Shown here piece after piece: positions 41,867 through 56,950 of a stretch of 64,000 nt of DNA. This stretch comes from Octopus sinensis (lineage: Eukaryota): assembly GCF_006345805.1 (NCBI RefSeq), contig NC_043002.1, positions 15,562,001 to 15,626,000 on the forward strand. The letters are read 5' to 3'. The translations under genes and the position numbers were made by a program. Under the pieces are notes generated by a model that did no database searches, was not told where the DNA came from, and was given only the letters and a program-made list of their open reading frames with translations. Every line of letters starts with the position of its first letter. Position 1 is the first letter of the stretch.

Positions 41867-42759
41867 GTGTTTGTTAGTGTGTGTGTATATGTGTAAGTAT
41901 GGATATTTATGTATATGTATACATATATAAACATGTATATATATGTGAGTTTGTGTGTGTGCGTGTGAATGTATGTCTATACGCGTGTGTACATGTGTGG
42001 ATGTTTGAGTATGTATGTGTATATGGATGTATGTATGTGTGTGTATATGTGACTATATAAGGGCACACCATAGCTACTGAGAAAATGAATAAAATGACCT
42101 CACATCAAAAGGTCATCTTTTGACGAAAACTCAACAAAGTTTTTGGCCACTCCTAAAAACATTCCATTCCTCTGTTCCTGATAAACTAATATCTTCTCAC
42201 TACCATTTCAAATTTGTTTTTTCTTTTTACCTTTCACCTTACTTTTCCTTTTTCTCCTTTCCTTTCTTTCTTTTTTCTTTTCTTCTTTTTTTTTATATTT
42301 CGTTTTATTTATAAATTCATGTGATCATTTTTGATATTAGTTTTTTATTCTTTATTTTCTATCTTTTATGTTCTATTGTTTTGTTTTTATTTGTATACAT
42401 GTAAGAAAAAACATTTTGCTACATAAGCGACCTGCTAAACCAGTGTAAATTCAGTTTGAAAACGGCTATCTCGGAGCTCGAAACTCATTAGAGTAACTGT
42501 AAACATTATCATTAAAATAAGTGTTATCTCCACAAAAGACATGTCCACTCATTTTTTCAAATATATTATACCGTACCAAGAACTTCTTATATTATTCTAT
42601 TATACACATACATACATATATACAAACATACATGCATATATATATATGAATTTTTGTACGTATATTTATATGTACCTAAGTATATACATATACAATAATA
42701 ATGAAAATAGTAATAATAATAATAATAATAATGATAATAATAATAATAATAAAAATGAT

Positions 42760-43140
42760 GGAAGCACTCCGTCGGTTACGACGACGAGGGTTCCGGTTGA
42801 TCCGAATCAACGGAACAGCCTGCTCGTGAAATTAACGTGTAAGTGGCTGAGCACTCCACAGATACGTGTACCCTTAACGTAGTTCTCGGGGATATTCAGC
42901 ATGACACAGAGAGTGACAAGGCCGGCCCTTTGAAATACAGGTACAACAGAAACAGGAAGTAAGAGTGAGAGAAAGTTGTGGTGAAAGAGTACAGCAGGGA
43001 TCACCACCATCCCTGTCGGAGCCTCGTTGAGTATGGGGTGTTTTCGCTCAATAAACACTGACAACGCCCGGTCTGGGAATCGAAACCGTGATCCTACGAC
43101 CGCGAGTTCGCTGCCCTAACCACTGGGCCATTGCGCCTCC
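42760..43140 (-). mobile_element. Family E SINE
   Basis: Near-identical to 34212-34593; inserted among (TAA)n. Confidence 0.9.
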
Positions 43141-43182
<42 letters not shown>

Positions 43183-43185
<3 letters not shown>

Positions 43186-43267
43186 TTCCAACCCTGTTGT
43201 CTCTTGAGGTCTCTGGGTGAGACTTGGAGCCAACTTGTACAAATATAAAGCAAAAGTCAAACATAGA
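43183..43267 (+). mobile_element. Very short LINE 3'-end-like insertion in (TAA)n, probably the R4/Dong 3' UTR
   Basis: ccctgttgtctcttgaggtctctgggtgagacttggagcc...caaacatag+(AAT)n. Reverse copies at 51822-51912 and 53250-53341. The Dong assignment is an inference from the (TAA)n context. Confidence 0.55.
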
Positions 43268-43305
43268 ATAATAATAATAATAACAATAATAATAATAACA
43301 ATAAC

Positions 43306-43342
<37 letters not shown>

Positions 43343-43344
<2 letters not shown>

Positions 43345-43560
43345 CCTGTCTACTAAAGGCACAAGGCCTGAAATTTGGGGGAAGGGGGACTAGTCAGTTA
43401 CCCCAGTGCTTCACTGGTACTTAATTATTGATTTATTAATACCTGAAAGGATGAAAGGTGAAGTTGACCTTGGCGGAATTTGATCTCAGAACATAGCGAT
43501 GGGCAAAATACCACTAAGCATTTTGTCCAGCATGCTAATGATTCTGCCAGCTCACTGCCT
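43343..43560 (-). mobile_element. Family A SINE (tail variant 2), diverged
   Basis: ggcacaaggcctgaaattt...aaaggatgaaagg...ggcggaatttga.ctcagaac...tctgccagctc. Confidence 0.75.
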
Positions 43561-43609
43561 TAATAATGATGATAATAATAATAATAATAATAATGATAAT
43601 ATCAATAAT

Positions 43610-43943
43610 GGGGGAGCATCATAGCCATGTGTTGAAGGAATTCTTGGAGTTTTGGATAATCCACCTTTGGAAACATGGGTGGTTCGTTCAACATCCTTAA
43701 ACAACCCTAATTCAGGGACCTTTTGAGCGAGATGGGTTACTCGACCAGAAGAAAATTCTAACTAGGCCCCACCTGCAAGGTCATGCGCTGTTTATGTTGA
43801 TATGAGATCACCATGTCGTGCACATGTGGTTGTGATGCATGTGCCTAGTGTACCCTTATCAGACGGGTAGTCATGATGGGTATACTGGGCTTCGTATATT
43901 TTACCCCAGTGTCACTTTGATGGCATGCACTGCTCTCTCACTC
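43610..43943. mobile_element. Family F SINE-like element (partial)
   Basis: Reverse complement of 51245-51580; embedded in (TAA)n. Confidence 0.8.
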
Positions 43944-43996
<53 letters not shown>

Positions 43997-44039
43997 CAAC
44001 AACAACAACAATAACAATGAAGAAGAAGATGAGGATGAT

Positions 44040-44182
44040 GATGAAAAGCATTTGCCAGGGGACGGAAATTAACAGGCTGTAACAGTGAATGACCGTACGT
44101 TTCTGCACCCTTCATCAGATTTAATTTACCGAGCTCATATTCGTATAACATTATGTAACATTATCCTTAATAATTTGTCCTT
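44040..44182 (-). mobile_element. Family P4 repeat with hammerhead-like motif
   Basis: Reverse copy of 24665-24812. Confidence 0.65.
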
Positions 44183-45331
44183 GTTATAATACTATTATTA
44201 CATTAATCCTATGCAGGATGGTGTTCTGCATGTATAACCGTTCCTGGAAATACCCTGATGAATAATAACGTGTTATCCGCATTACTGCATAGGAGCCTTT
44301 AAACGCACTTTATGAGGTTTATAAGTAAAATACGCTAAATACACCTATATGCAAACATATACATAGGTCTATATGTATATATACATGTGTATGCATGTAT
44401 GTGCGTGTATTTGTGTGTGTTTGTATGAGTTTGTTTGTGTGTGTGTGCATGTCTTTGTGTGTTCCTGTATACATCTACAACTATAACTGTGCTGTAACAC
44501 AACGAATGGACTACATTTCAGGACATTTCCTGGAAGGTTAAAATTGTAGAGTCTGCTATAAACAACAACTAAAAAAAAAAGCAAGAAAAGTTTCATTCTA
44601 TAGTCACAGAATATAAATGTATTCAGTCGATTTCACTTTTTCAATACTAGAATTACCATACGTAAAGTACGTGAGTGAAGCGATGAGAGAACATAAATAA
44701 AGATTCAGCAACGAATACAATAAAATGAAGCAAATACAATAAAAGGAATTAATAAAAGATAGGCTAAGAAAGATACGCTTATCATGGGGAAGTGGCCTCC
44801 AAAATTTCACTGACCATTCTGTAGTAAGTGTATAAATATGTCAGAAGAAAATAGTGAAGGAGAGACAAATGCATGACTAGCCAAATAAATAGAATGCAAA
44901 TAATAGAGAAAACGGAGAAAGATAAATAGAGGTTTTACTATCGAGATAGGGGGAAATGTTTGTTAAAGACAATGAATTTATTTTAGTAGAGGGAGTCAGG
45001 TGATACAAAAGTAGTATGGATTCTTGGAAATTCACGCACGGTTGAGTTACAAAGACAGAAATATAAATCGTGACCATTGATAACGGCACCAGCATATACA
45101 TAGATTCATATCAGATGAATGTTCTCATACTCGCTATCATCCGTACCATCATATGCATATGCAACAGACATACGGGCTCTCACACTAAGTATTTATATCG
45201 ATATATTGATTTCATATATATATATAGTAGATATTATGTTTAAGTGACAAAAACAATCTATATCATTATTTGAGTATATAATTATACACACCCTGGTGCT
45301 TTACTATTTAAGTACCTATTCGCTTTAATCT

Positions 45332-45408
<77 letters not shown>

Positions 45409-45749
45409 TGAAGATAAACTTGCTTGGGAATGAATAGATCACGGTCAATTGATTAAATAAATAATATTATATATATATATGGGGAGGGGGTATTCTTAGG
45501 ATTTCATTCAAATCTAAGCTGTATTCCACATGTTTTTGGTGTCAAAAATGTCTGTATTGTTCATCACAAAATGACTGAAACTCCTGTATAGAAAGAAGAT
45601 TTGTTCGCTTCATACTCGTCGTGTGAAGAAACGGATAATACAATGTAGCTATAGGTCCTATCACCCGGGCAACGCCTGGATGCATTATCAATGTGTTTGT
45701 GTGTGCGTGCGTGTGTGATTGTGTGTGGGTGTGTGTACTGAACCATGCA

Positions 45750-45885
45750 CCTTCACAGAGTTTAGTGGTTTGAGTGTCAAACTTATAATCGTAAGGATGT
45801 GAGTTCGATTCCTGGACCGGGCTACGTGTCGTGATCTTAAGCAAGTCACTTTATTTCATGTTGCTCCGGTTGACTTAGCTGAGTA
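45750..45885 (+). mobile_element. Old family C SINE fragment
   Basis: gtgagttcgattcctggaccggg...gcaagtcactttatttcatgttgctcc. Confidence 0.55.
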
Positions 45886-46092
45886 GTCATAAAATTGCGA
45901 TAGTATTTAAGCTATTGTTCAAAAGCAATATATTCAAGTAATACTTTTAATTAATGTTTTTAGAAACATTGAGGATGTATATATATATATACTTGGTCAG
46001 TTTGCATGTGTCATTGTAGACACATACATATACACATATTCGAATTTATACACACTTATATGCATAAAATTATGTACACACATTTATACATA

Positions 46093-46392
46093 GGTGCAGG
46101 AGTGTCTTTGAGGTAAGTAACTTGCATACCAACCACTTGGTTCCGGTGTCATCCACATTGCATGATAACTTGGGCAAGTGTCTTCTACTATACTCTCTGG
46201 CAAAAGCCCTCAACAACATCGCTAGACAACGGATGCTGGTGTGTTTACGTCTCCTTAACTTGGCAGTTAGGCAAAAGAGATCAAGAGAATAACTACTGGG
46301 CTTTAAAAAAATAAGTCTTGGGGTCGATTTGCTCGACTGACGGCGGTGCTAGAGCATGGCCGCAATCAAATGACTGAAGCACATAAAAGAAT
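46093..46392 (+). mobile_element. Diverged, internally deleted family D SINE
   Basis: ggtgcaggagtg...gggcaagtgtcttctactata...gatgctggtgtgtttacgt...ggggtcgatttgctcgact...aaatgactgaa. Confidence 0.75.
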
Positions 46393-46999
46393 ATATATAT
46401 ATATATATCTTATATAAAATCTGTTCTGTCTGTCTGTGTGTCTTCTCGGTTCTCGGGCATCCTCCATTTGATTGCGCTCAAATTTGATATATATATACCG
46501 ACGGTAAATTAGAAAAATCGATTCCTGGTGAGAATGCGATCGATAAAACCATTTTTGTCCTGCTTTTCTTCCGTCAACCTGTACATAACTGCACCTTCCA
46601 ATTTTTGTTGTTTCTGTACTGCTTAAAGGCACGTTTCTTTCCTTCCAAGCTAACTGTTTAAACTATGTTTGTGTTTTCCCAGTCAACAGCCTTATCATTA
46701 CTGGTAATTTAAACTCTTCGGTTGCCTATTTGTGTGAATAAAATCGTTTTTCTTTGGAATAGGAAAAAAGACTATCAATATTTCTTCTTTTGCTGGTGTC
46801 TCAAATTTAGGTTAAATCAGTTATTCTCAAAGGGGAGGCCTATGGGACGGTCGGACAAGTTGTTTTGAGAAAATTTGGTTTAAATGTTTGACAACTCAAC
46901 ACCGACCATTGGAAGGTGGGGGCGTATATATATATAAACACTTGCGCATACAGAGACACTCTCCTACACATTAAAACATATATATATATATATTAATAA

Positions 47000-47735
47000 A
47001 AACATGATTGCTTAATCATTTTGACACGTAGCAGTAAAATTTGATATTTTTAAAGAATTTCTTAATCCAATAGAAGGTTCCGTTGAAGTCCTCCAAAATG
47101 AAAGTGTACAGAGATCTTGCCAGAGCATCATTTACTATAGCCTTCACGTTGGAGTGCAACGAAACAAACTGGACAGTAGGGAGGGCAAGGAATAGTTTGA
47201 TGTCCATGTCTGACATGTGGTTGGTTACCAAGATAGAATTGTAGACTACTTCATTGTCAAATACCCGAATGGAAGTGATCTGGCTTTTTGCAACTCCACA
47301 ATGTACACTATCTTCACCATCTAACCAGAGAGCACCGAGTCGATGTAGATAATGCTTCTGCTCTCAAAAAACGGGATCATCATGAGCTTCCCTGTTGATC
47401 TAGTTTGTCTGACTCTTGCGCCTGCGAAAAACAGATGCCCGACACATACAAGTCAACTCATAAACAGTCTGTAACATCAGATAAGTTTCTTTAACGCTTT
47501 TGCCTACATTAACGCATAAGTTCATTGCTTTCAGAGGTTACAAATTGTCTTCGGTTCCTTGCTACATTCTGAAAACTAGTCATGCGATGTTTAGTAGGAG
47601 TTGTTCAAAGTGCTGTTATAGCCACCTCCTTGAACCTGGAATCAAAAATGTAGGCTGTTCCGCTTATTATTTGTATAATAACGATATTCCCGTGTTAGAA
47701 TGAGCTAAGGCAGCTATAACTGATTCTTCTGACTA
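47000..47735 (-). pseudogene. Degenerate mariner transposase remnant with internal deletion
   Basis: The minus strand gives VGKSVKETYLMLQTVY...CMCRASVF, RQTRSTGKLMMIPFFES, NSILVTN and TIPCPPYCP (the mariner PHPPYSPDL motif). Confidence 0.8.
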
Positions 47736-47829
47736 AATCTTGAATCTTCTGGAATGCTCATCGCAAAACATGAGGCCTGAAATTATGAATCTTAATGTAT
47801 GCACTACATGCAATGGATATATATATACA

Positions 47830-47883
<54 letters not shown>

Positions 47884-48756
47884 GAAAGAGAACGAGAGAG
47901 AGAGATAGAGATAACCACGCATATTCAGAACAGCATTGATTATACATCGTTAAACTCCAATACGTTATTATAACGCAGTAAATTCAAGAGTACCAAATTA
48001 GATGTATATACAAAATCACTTTAACCGATCGTGGAGAGCAACCTACTTCAAAATAAAAAAGGAGAGAAAGGTATAATTTTCACATACAGCTCATAATTTA
48101 ATTGTGTTGTACTGCTATTTCAATAGCAAGAAAAAAATTGTTTATATATTTACGTAGATTTCAAAGCCTACCTAACAATACGAGCTTTCTTATTATTCAA
48201 TACAGAAGCTAATTTGTCAGTCTGTCACGTTGAAAGAGCAACGAGAGAGCAACGGAATAAACCACAATTATAAACTTTATAATTTATAGATAGTTAAGAG
48301 AGGAAAAAAGTGTTATACTGGGGCTAACGAATAGCAACATCAAAAAGGATAAAGCACAAACACAAAGAGAAGCACAACATAAATATTTCAATATAATTAA
48401 CACTTAAATTGAAAAAAGACAGGTTTATTATGCTTTTATAGACGATATATAAAGGAAACTGAATTTAAACGAGAATTACACTTTTGTAAATAAGAAACTG
48501 GCATATATGTGACGCTACTGGTAGCTCAGAACGAATGACAATGCAAATAGCCTTAGGTTAAACAATGCAAACGTCGAATCAAAAGTACAATTTATTGACA
48601 ACAAAATTTTCTTCAGATCTTTTACAACATTTCAGATATTTCCTTTAAAGGAACTTTTATTTTATGTTCTAATTACACACGTTTGAATTTCAATTGGTAT
48701 TATGTAAAACTGTGTGCGTAAGGTTGTGTGTGTTTGCATGAATGTATGTGTGCCTG

Positions 48757-48804
<48 letters not shown>

Positions 48805-48959
48805 GCATATATAAATGTATGTATACATACAGACTTGGGCGCACTCTTACACTCGCATATGTAAGTGCACGTCTACTTGAATGTGTCTGGTTATTTGCTA
48901 AAATAACATTATAAATATGAAACTATAAAGAGAAATCAATATTTATTATATATATATAT

Positions 48960-49021
<62 letters not shown>

Positions 49022-49479
49022 GTGTGTATGTCTGTGTGTTTGTATGTGTATATATATATATACATATACATAAATATATATATATTATATGTATAAACTG
49101 CACACGCATACATACGCAAACGTAGCATACGGGCCCGCATCCACACACGTATATAATCATACCCACGCCACGCACACACAAACATATATACATGAATACA
49201 TGAGTGTGTAAAATAGATCAACAATGGAAGCCTTTCATGATAATGTCAATGATGTATCATTGCATAAGGCGGATATTTTCAGAATCGACCAGTTTGTTAT
49301 TCAGTTCAACAATCTGTTTGATCTTTTCTATAACAATGCTGTATATCTTGATTTCATTATGTTGTATAAAAGAATGCTTTAAGAAATCTAATCCAATAAG
49401 ACGACTTGTTTTCTTGGCGGACAATGGAATATTGGTGGTTGACGGTTGAATATGCAGAAATCAGTTATTTATAAATATA

Positions 49480-49600
<121 letters not shown>

Positions 49601-49751
49601 AGAGAGAGACAAAGAGAGTGCTTTTTATATCTCTCTTTCTCTGTTATTCCCTTTTAGTATGTATATGTATGTACATACATAGATATTTATAAATATTTAT
49701 GTACTATATATATATTTATGTATATATTCGTATACATACTTACATACATGT

Positions 49752-49832
<81 letters not shown>

Positions 49833-50438
49833 CATACGTCTATACATGCGTACTCACGAATGCGTATATGTATCTGTGCAGCACATGAATTACAATGTGC
49901 ATTTACGAACGTTTGTATATTTATTTTCATTTCTTTAGACTCATGTTTGCAGACGCCATGTACGTATGTGGGAGTATGTGTCCGCGATTTATTTTCCTTT
50001 TAGTGTGTCTACATGGTTTTCTTTAAACAGATTGAAATACGAAACCTGTGCACATCTTATATTCACACGCCTACCCGTAGCACTTGAAAAGATGTACTTG
50101 CATATATATGTAAGCATAAGATAATTTACTTGCCTGTATACTCACAATTTTTGCACGCCCAGTTCTATAAGTGATATGGGTACGTGAACGTATGTATGCG
50201 ATGTGAAAATGAAAAAAAAAACAAATATATGATTCGTATGAAAATGTTTGGTACTTTAGCCAAACAGGTGGAAAAATGAAAAAAAACAAATCCATTTTCT
50301 ATATAAATAAATTATATTACTTTCATTTTAAAGTTTCAAACTTTCTATCACGAAATATATATTTTATATTCATTAATTTTTGTTCTACGTCTCGTGATGA
50401 TGATGATGATGATGATAGTAATGATGATGATGATGATG

Positions 50439-50472
<34 letters not shown>

Positions 50473-50685
50473 CCATCATCACCATCATTATTCTTAGTAT
50501 TGATTTGATTCAGCTTTGGTCTTATATCTGGTAAGTTTTCTGGAGTAATAAATAAGACAAAATGATGAAAGGCAATGTTACCATCGGCGGAATTCTGTAT
50601 GTACACACAAATATTTAATAGTCTCTATCTTTGCTTACGGTTGCCAATCCACCAATTATCATTATCATCATCATCATTATTATTA

Positions 50686-50730
<45 letters not shown>

Positions 50731-50733
<3 letters not shown>

Positions 50734-51123
50734 TCTTTTACTCTTTTACTTGTTTCAGTCATTTGACTGTGGCCATGCTGGAGCAACGCCTTTAGTCGAG
50801 CAAATCGACCACGGGACTTATTCTTTGTAAGCCCAGTACTTATTCTATCGGTCACTTTTGCCGAACCGCTAAGTAACGGGGACGTAAACACACCAGCATC
50901 GGTTGTCAAGCAATGCTAGGGGGACAAAAACACACACGTACATATATATATACATATATACGACGGGCTTCTTTCAGTTTCCGCCTACCAAATCCACTCA
51001 CAAGGCTTTGGTCGGCCCGAGGCTATAGTAGAAGACACCTGCGCAAGGCGCCACGTAGTGGGACTGAACCCGGAAACATGTGGTTGGTAAACAAGCTATT
51101 TACTACACAGCCACTCCTGCGCC
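50731..51123 (-). mobile_element. Family D SINE
   Basis: Reverse complement of the consensus; flanked by (TTA)n. Confidence 0.9.
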
Positions 51124-51187
<64 letters not shown>

Positions 51188-51203
51188 TGTATTTTTATTT
51201 TTA

Positions 51204-51244
<41 letters not shown>

Positions 51245-51802
51245 GAGTGAGAGAGCAGTGCATGCCATCAAAGTGATACCGGGGTAAAATATACGAAGCC
51301 AAGTATACCCATCATGACTACCCGTCTGATAAGTGTACATCAGGCACATGCATCACAGCCATATGTGCGCGACATGGTGATCTCATATCAAGATAAACAG
51401 AGCATGACCTTGCAGGTGGGGCTCAGTTAGAATTGTCTTCTGGTCGAGTAGCCCATCCCGCTCAAAAGGTCCCTGAATAAGGGTTGTTTAAGGATGTTTA
51501 ACGAACTCCCGAAGTTTGCAAATGTGAATCATTTCAACCTCTAAGAATTCCTTTCAACATATGGCTATGATGCTCCCCCACTACTTCAACTCATGATCAG
51601 AGATGCACATATCGTCAGCCACTAAGGGATATGGTCAACTGATTAAGGTCAAACAACTGACAAGCAAATCTGTGGTATTGAGCAGAATATTTGCTGTAGC
51701 CCATCTTTTATACCAAGACAAATCTATATATATGATAACGCTTCCAATCAGTTAAGATCAGAAGCCATGAGAACCACTGTGTTGTACTGCATTAGGGCAT
51801 TT
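51245..51802. mobile_element. Family F SINE-like element (longest copy, about 560 bp) in (TTA)n
   Basis: Homologous to 43610-43943, 23895-24131 and 53057-53230. Orientation not determined. Confidence 0.75.
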
Positions 51803-51910
51803 GCTATTATTATTATTATTATTCTATGTTTGACTTTTGCTTTATATTTGTACAAGTTGGCTCCAAGTCTCACCCAGAGACCTCAAGAGACAACAGGGTT
51901 GGAAGTTCAA

Positions 51911-51987
<77 letters not shown>

Positions 51988-52744
51988 CATTATTATTGTT
52001 TTTGTTATTATTATTATTATTATTTATTTTAATCTGCATGCTTGTTACAATGACTTGCAAAGCCACACCCATCCTCTTAGGAAAATGTAAAGCAAAGCGA
52101 CAGTAAACAAACAGTTTCTTTGTTTGCAAATGTCTCAGAATGGCCTGATATGATGTGGAAACCATATTGAAGTGAGTAGTAAATGTGACATTCGTGAACG
52201 GTCGTACTGTGGCAAACGTTTCTCTCAGCTTAAAAAGAAAGGGACATGAGTGAGGTCACATGCACTTAGTGGCTGCTAACAGTGTCATTTTGGGAGGCAA
52301 TTGTTGAAAACACCTAAGCAGTCCGGCCAGGTACAACATCTGGACAACTCTCAAAGTATCAACGAAAGTTTAAAAGGCCATTTGAGTAAACAATGTTGAG
52401 ACAACCCCAATCCCTTTTTCTACAAGCTGGGTGTAGATTGTATCAAGGCCTCCTTTAGTAGACTCGCATAAGATATCTTGTCTATGCATGCCTCTGACCA
52501 CATGTTGCGATATGTCACTGTGTCTGTATTCGTCAGTACAAAACCCACCAAAACCGTAAATCTGAAAAGGCCCACACGTGCTTTTCACTCAAAAACCCTT
52601 CCATTGTCCCGACACTCTCCCTTAATTTAAATTTTAATGTCTTTCTTTTAAATCCTTCCCTTCTTATCTTTCTGTCAATAGGTTATTCCTACTTTTATAT
52701 ATTTTATATACTGTTTATCAATTTATTTATTTCCCTATCTGCAT

Positions 52745-53574
<830 letters not shown>

Positions 53575-53599
53575 TATATATATATATATATATATATTG

Positions 53600-53981
53600 G
53601 GAAGCACTCCGTCGGTTACGACGACGAGGGTTCCGGTTGATCCGAATCAACGGAACAGCCTGCTCGTGAAATTAACGTGTAAGTGGCTGAGCACTCCACA
53701 TACACGTGTACCCTTTACGTAGTTCTCGGGGATATTCAGCGTGACACAGAGAGTGACAAGGCCGGCCCTTTGAAATACAGGTACAACAGAAACAGGAAGT
53801 AAGAGTGAGAGAACGTTGTGGTGAAAGAGTACATCAGGGATCCCCACCATCCCCTACCGGAGCCTCGTGGAGCTTTAGGTGTTTTCGCTCAATAAACACT
53901 CACAACGCCCTGTCTGGGAATCGAAACCACGATCCTATGACCGCGAGTCCGCTGCCCTAACCACTGGGCCATTGCGCCTCC
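53600..53981 (-). mobile_element. Family E SINE
   Basis: Near-identical to 34212-34593. Confidence 0.9.
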
Positions 53982-54008
53982 ACAATCTCTTTTTCTACTA
54001 GCTGGGTG

Positions 54009-54045
<37 letters not shown>

Positions 54046-54068
54046 ATGTGTGTGTATATATATAATAT

Positions 54069-54114
<46 letters not shown>

Positions 54115-54118
<4 letters not shown>

Positions 54119-55040
54119 CTTACTTGGAGAACAGCAACGAAACGAAACGAAACGACGCGAGGGCGCTCAGTCATGCAATAATTTAATAAATAAAATATAT
54201 GCATACATACATATATGTACCTTCCTACATCTACATGTATATATACATGTATATATAAATATATATACGTGAGTACAGGACACCACAAATAGACGTTGAA
54301 TCAACGAGAAACGAAAACGTAAGGTACGTATATGTATGCATATATTGTATTTATTAAATTATTGCATGAGTGAGCGCCCTCGCGTCGTTTCGTTTCGTTT
54401 CCTTTCAGTTCTCCAAGTAAGTTTTTATATATAATTATGACGCGAGACCCTATAACCTTTTGCTTGCCCTTCCCTTCCTATCTGTCTTCCTCTTTGCCTG
54501 TCTCTCTCCTTCTTATTTTTCACTCCTTCTTATTTGTCACCCTTTCTGGTTTCCTTTCCTCGCAATCTCTCTCTCTCTCACTTCTCTTCATCTCTCTCAC
54601 AGCCGGGTCGACCAACTTCCTTTCGCTGGCGGCCTCCTACAAATGAACACGCTTTTTTCCTCACTGTTTGTTTCCTTGTTTGTTTTTATTTCTCGAACTG
54701 TACTTTTTTGTATTTGTTTTTTTCTTGTATTTTTATTTGTATTGTTTTTACGTCCTGTTTTTGTAACATTCATTTCTTTCCTTGTTTTTACCCCTCTGCA
54801 AAGGAATTTCATTTAATTCTTTCCCAGGAAGGCTAGTTCGACGAGTTGTGTTCTGTCCTTACCTTCGAAACTCGCATGGAGTCGAACTAGGAACAGCTGA
54901 AGAAGGGGAATTTTCCTTGTGTTGTTTTTCTTGTACTCTGTTTTTTCGTTGTTAAAAAAGGTCCGTTTCCATGTTTGTTTTACGTTTTCGTTTCTCGTTG
55001 AGTTCTACATCTATTTGTGGTGTCCTGTACTCACGTATAT
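54115..55040 (+). mobile_element. Family P5 non-coding element: circularly permuted monomer plus 5' inverted segment (Penelope-pLTR/retrozyme-like)
   Basis: 54115-54230 is inverted at 54321-54425, and 54260-54320 is inverted at 54980-55040. The inverted piece joins the end of the + unit to its start. Flanked by (TA)n. Confidence 0.7.
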
Positions 55041-55051
55041 ATATATTATAT

Positions 55052-55156
<105 letters not shown>

Positions 55157-55469
55157 TGAAGGAACACAGATACATAAATGCGAAAAGAAGAGAAAACCCT
55201 TCAGTTTTCTTATGTTTATTCCGCAAAAACTGATGTTGATAGAAGATATGATAAGAGTGCAGGAATATATCAATGACAGCTGATTCAAACATTCATTGAG
55301 TACTCAGCAGCTATGTGTGCGCCCAAACATAAACACTCTAATTTAACAACGCAAACAAGAACAACATTATCATCCCAAGCGAGGTATATATCACAATATT
55401 TTCAATACTTCACAGCTGCTACAGAATTTTTTCACGAAAATGTTGATACCATATTGCAAATAGATTGTT

Positions 55470-56050
55470 CCATACCTTAATGAAATTGATGCAAACTTGA
55501 AGAATATTACGTTGATGACTTTGTGCTGTACCTTTGAGATTACTTAGAAAACTTAGATATGTTTCAACCAAAGTTAGGCCCAGATCATGTCAAACTTCAT
55601 AGCACCATCTGATATAAAGAACAAAATCTAACCGCAAGTTATCGTCCCTGCTATCAGACCTTGATAACTGACTAACAACTAAAGCTGGCTGTTGACAAAC
55701 ACACCATCATGTAGTTTGCTGGTAAAATCTAGTTTTGACTCGACAACGCCATTCTTAGGAAATCTGCTAGTGAACGTAACCTGGTATGTATTGTCAAATA
55801 TGTTTCTGTTGGACAAACCACTTAGCTGAAATTGTCGAGAAGCCTGAGGGAGTGTTAGCATCACAGTAAGACATTTGTCACCAGTTGTTTAGCTATCTAT
55901 TTAATCTGTATATGGCCAATGTACTTCCACATGGTATTTCCATGACATTTGGAAACATTTTATTCATGTTGAAAATTGCTGAAGCATGGAATTAACTAAC
56001 TGTATCAGTGGTTGTTTCTCGGAACACCGTATCATTCAATATTTCTTAGC
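55470..56050 (+). pseudogene. Old, deleted copy of the CR1 family at 32433-33805
   Basis: Collinear nucleotide similarity: ttaatgaaattgatgcaaacttgaagaat, aaagctggctgttgacaa, gttggacaaa...aattgtcgagaagcctgaggg, ggaaacattttattc...tgctgaagcatggaat. Confidence 0.75.
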
Positions 56051-56911
56051 TTCCTTAAGTTTGCGAACAGTACATATAAACTTTTTTAATGACTTATTCT
56101 GTTCTAGGCTGCTTTTTCTAATGAGTTGTACTGCATCTGAGCACTTCGTCGAAATATTTTATCGTTCTATAAATTTGATGTTCAAATTAAGTTGACGGTT
56201 TTGTACGTTTCTGCATGGCTAACATGTCTTCAACGCTGCAATCGCATATGATTTGTAGTATTGATTTCTAGCACGTGTACAAAGTCTGACTTTTGGGAAA
56301 TAGTATAGTCGATATGTTTGTTTGCCGTGCGTTTCTGACTGGACGTATATATTATCAAATCAGGAGAGTGAATGAAGTAAATTCAACATAGTTGTGACTT
56401 GAAATGAGAAGAAAAAGTGCCAATATTAAATGCAATAAATCTTTTTTTTTCATCCGCACACTTACAATTCCCTTTGTTATTAGCGAAAATACATTATTGT
56501 GATTAAAAATTATAATTTCAAACAAACAGAGACAGTAATGGTCTACTTCTTTCAATATAATGATATGACTTATACATTGAGGTAAAAAAAATGCGCTGAT
56601 AAAATCTCTGGGAAGGATTGCACCTTCAATACAAATGTTTACCTTTGTAACGGGTTGTATTACCAAAACTGCCAGCGAACTCTATTCAGGAGAAAGGTGA
56701 TAATGGAATTGTCAGCACCATACACGCTTATTTATCGTGATAAAAGAAACCGAATGTTTTTCAGGGAAGCGGATGTAAGATTCATTATTTTGACAGTGAT
56801 ATTTTAATGAATGAATAAAATAATTATTTTATCGTCAGTAACAAGATTTACTACAAAAATATTACGTGTGTCTTACATTAGAAATATATAAGAGGGTTTC
56901 TACGAATTATA

Positions 56912-56950
<39 letters not shown>

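Noticed and set aside
46408-46640. Helitron-like 5' start (TC...TATAAAA...CTGTCTGTCTG)
   Set aside because: No matching downstream 3' hairpin/CTAG was found. The candidate 3' motif at 45663 lies upstream, so they are not one element.
52100-52620. GC-richer unique stretch with a 72-aa minus-strand ORF
   Set aside because: No motif recognised in any frame; I cannot distinguish exon from old repeat.
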